The notes under the pieces were generated by a model that was not told the origin of the DNA, searched no databases, and saw nothing but the letters and a program-made list of their open reading frames with translations. The position numbers and the translations under genes were made by a program. A DNA stretch of 64,000 bases from Penicillus capitatus (Eukaryota; Plantae; Chlorophyta): contig OZ287698.1 of assembly GCA_965649825.1 (NCBI GenBank), positions 573,949 through 637,948 of the forward strand, in the 5' to 3' direction. Shown here piece after piece: positions 63,067 to 64,000 of the stretch (position 1 is the first letter of the stretch; each line of letters begins with the position of its first letter).

Positions 63067-63476
63067 CATCCGCACGAATGAAAAATCAGGCAGACAGAAA
63101 TCGTTAAGTACTGTTAGGCTTCCGAAGCCTCATCGACAGAAATCTCGCGTTCTCTTTGGGATGCGTCACGTGGAACGATCCATCTCTGCACCACGGGAAC
63201 CATCGTCCACTCGAAAGCCAATCATCGATCGAGAAAATGCGCCGACCCTCCTGTCCGGAAAAGACGTCTGACGATCGACGGGCCTTTCGAATCGACGCAG
63301 ATCAATGGACAACTGAAGTGTCCGTCTTTTCTAACGGTTCCGAGACCATCATCTTACGTGTCCGCTTTGCGACGCCCGGCGGCTGTCACATCAACTGGCA
63401 TAGAGAATAGGTAGGATCTTCTCATGCGAATCCCGACATTCTGCATATTCGAATCATCCCCGTTCTTCTTATCACC

Positions 63477-64000
63477 ATGCGCTACACGGTCGGATTTGCT
63501 CTCCACTCAAAGAAGGTTCCTTCGATCCGACACGTCCACGATTTCACACACCTTTCGACAGGCACAGCGTTACTTGACTCGGCGTCTCGTGGCCTTGGCA
63601 AAGGATCAAGGACTGCATATCTCTGAAATCGATAAATCGACACCTCTTGAGAAACAAGGACCCTTCCATCTCATCCTGCACAAATATCACTCCGACAAAG
63701 GCAATCCCCGCGTCGTTATCGGCAGAGCCTTATAGAGTGCGACAGACTGGGAGGCTGAATTGGCAGAGTACTCGGCGGCGCATCCAGAGGTGCGAATCGT
63801 CGATGCTATCGACCGCGTCATCCTCCTGCGCAACCGTCAAACGATGTTCTCTATTCTTCCGAGTGGGTGACAGAGACCAGTGAAATGCATGTTCTTCTGT
63901 CCTCGACCTCCAAATCTCTATTGTTGATTAGAAACGCGAAACAGTTGCGGAATCTGGGCGATGGGCGACATCCATGTCTCCATTCCAAACCAGATCCAGA
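63477..64000 (+). CDS. ITPK1: Inositol-tetrakisphosphate 1-kinase, truncated by the window edge
   Basis: MRYTVGFALHSKK|AQRYL, PLEKQGPFHLILHK, HPEVRIVD, NRQTM. Confidence 0.88.

Noticed and set aside
63156-63410. Small separate gene before ITPK1
   Set aside because: Short ORF with no motif or splice support; may be UTR or promoter.
1-64000. TAA/TAG-to-Gln code as in some ulvophytes
   Set aside because: Conserved proteins end at TAA or TAG at expected positions (L34, CTPS, Ycf20, DUF1499), and long exons contain no internal TAA/TAG.
1-64000. rRNA, tRNA, transposase or retroelement genes
   Set aside because: No cloverleaf, rRNA signature, RT, integrase or DDE motif recognised by eye; tRNAscan-SE, Infernal and RepeatMasker would be decisive.

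Overview
Gene-dense eukaryotic nuclear DNA from a compact-genome chlorophyte green alga; the lineage is inferred, not proven. Support: short (~45-60 nt) spliceosomal introns, TGTAA poly(A)-type signals, standard genetic code, a Chlamydomonas-type PCYA1-like bilin reductase, a Cys-rich CTR copper transporter, Ycf20 and a flagellar dynein intermediate chain. About 38 mostly multi-exon genes could be reconstructed by hand. Several are missed or fragmented in the ORF track (mitochondrial L34, AIG2-like GGCT, ODR-4, DUF1761, DUF2064). The first ~11 kb is less compact: three EamA/DMT paralogues, apparently decayed spliced sequence and an ~82-bp tandem repeat. No rRNA, tRNA, CRISPR array or intact mobile element was recognised. 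No single clearly new multi-gene system is demonstrated. The best leads are (i) a PCYA-like reductase lacking two canonical catalytic residues, (ii) an intron-containing GT8 resembling baculovirus P13, (iii) frequent GC-AG introns (4 of 11 in XPD), (iv) head-to-head genes with start codons only 30-60 bp apart plus candidate bicistronic pairs, and (v) a TIGR04282-type (arsenosugar-associated) transferase. Family calls are from motif recognition by eye; exon boundaries are inferred from GT/GC-AG sites and reading-frame continuity, not from transcripts.
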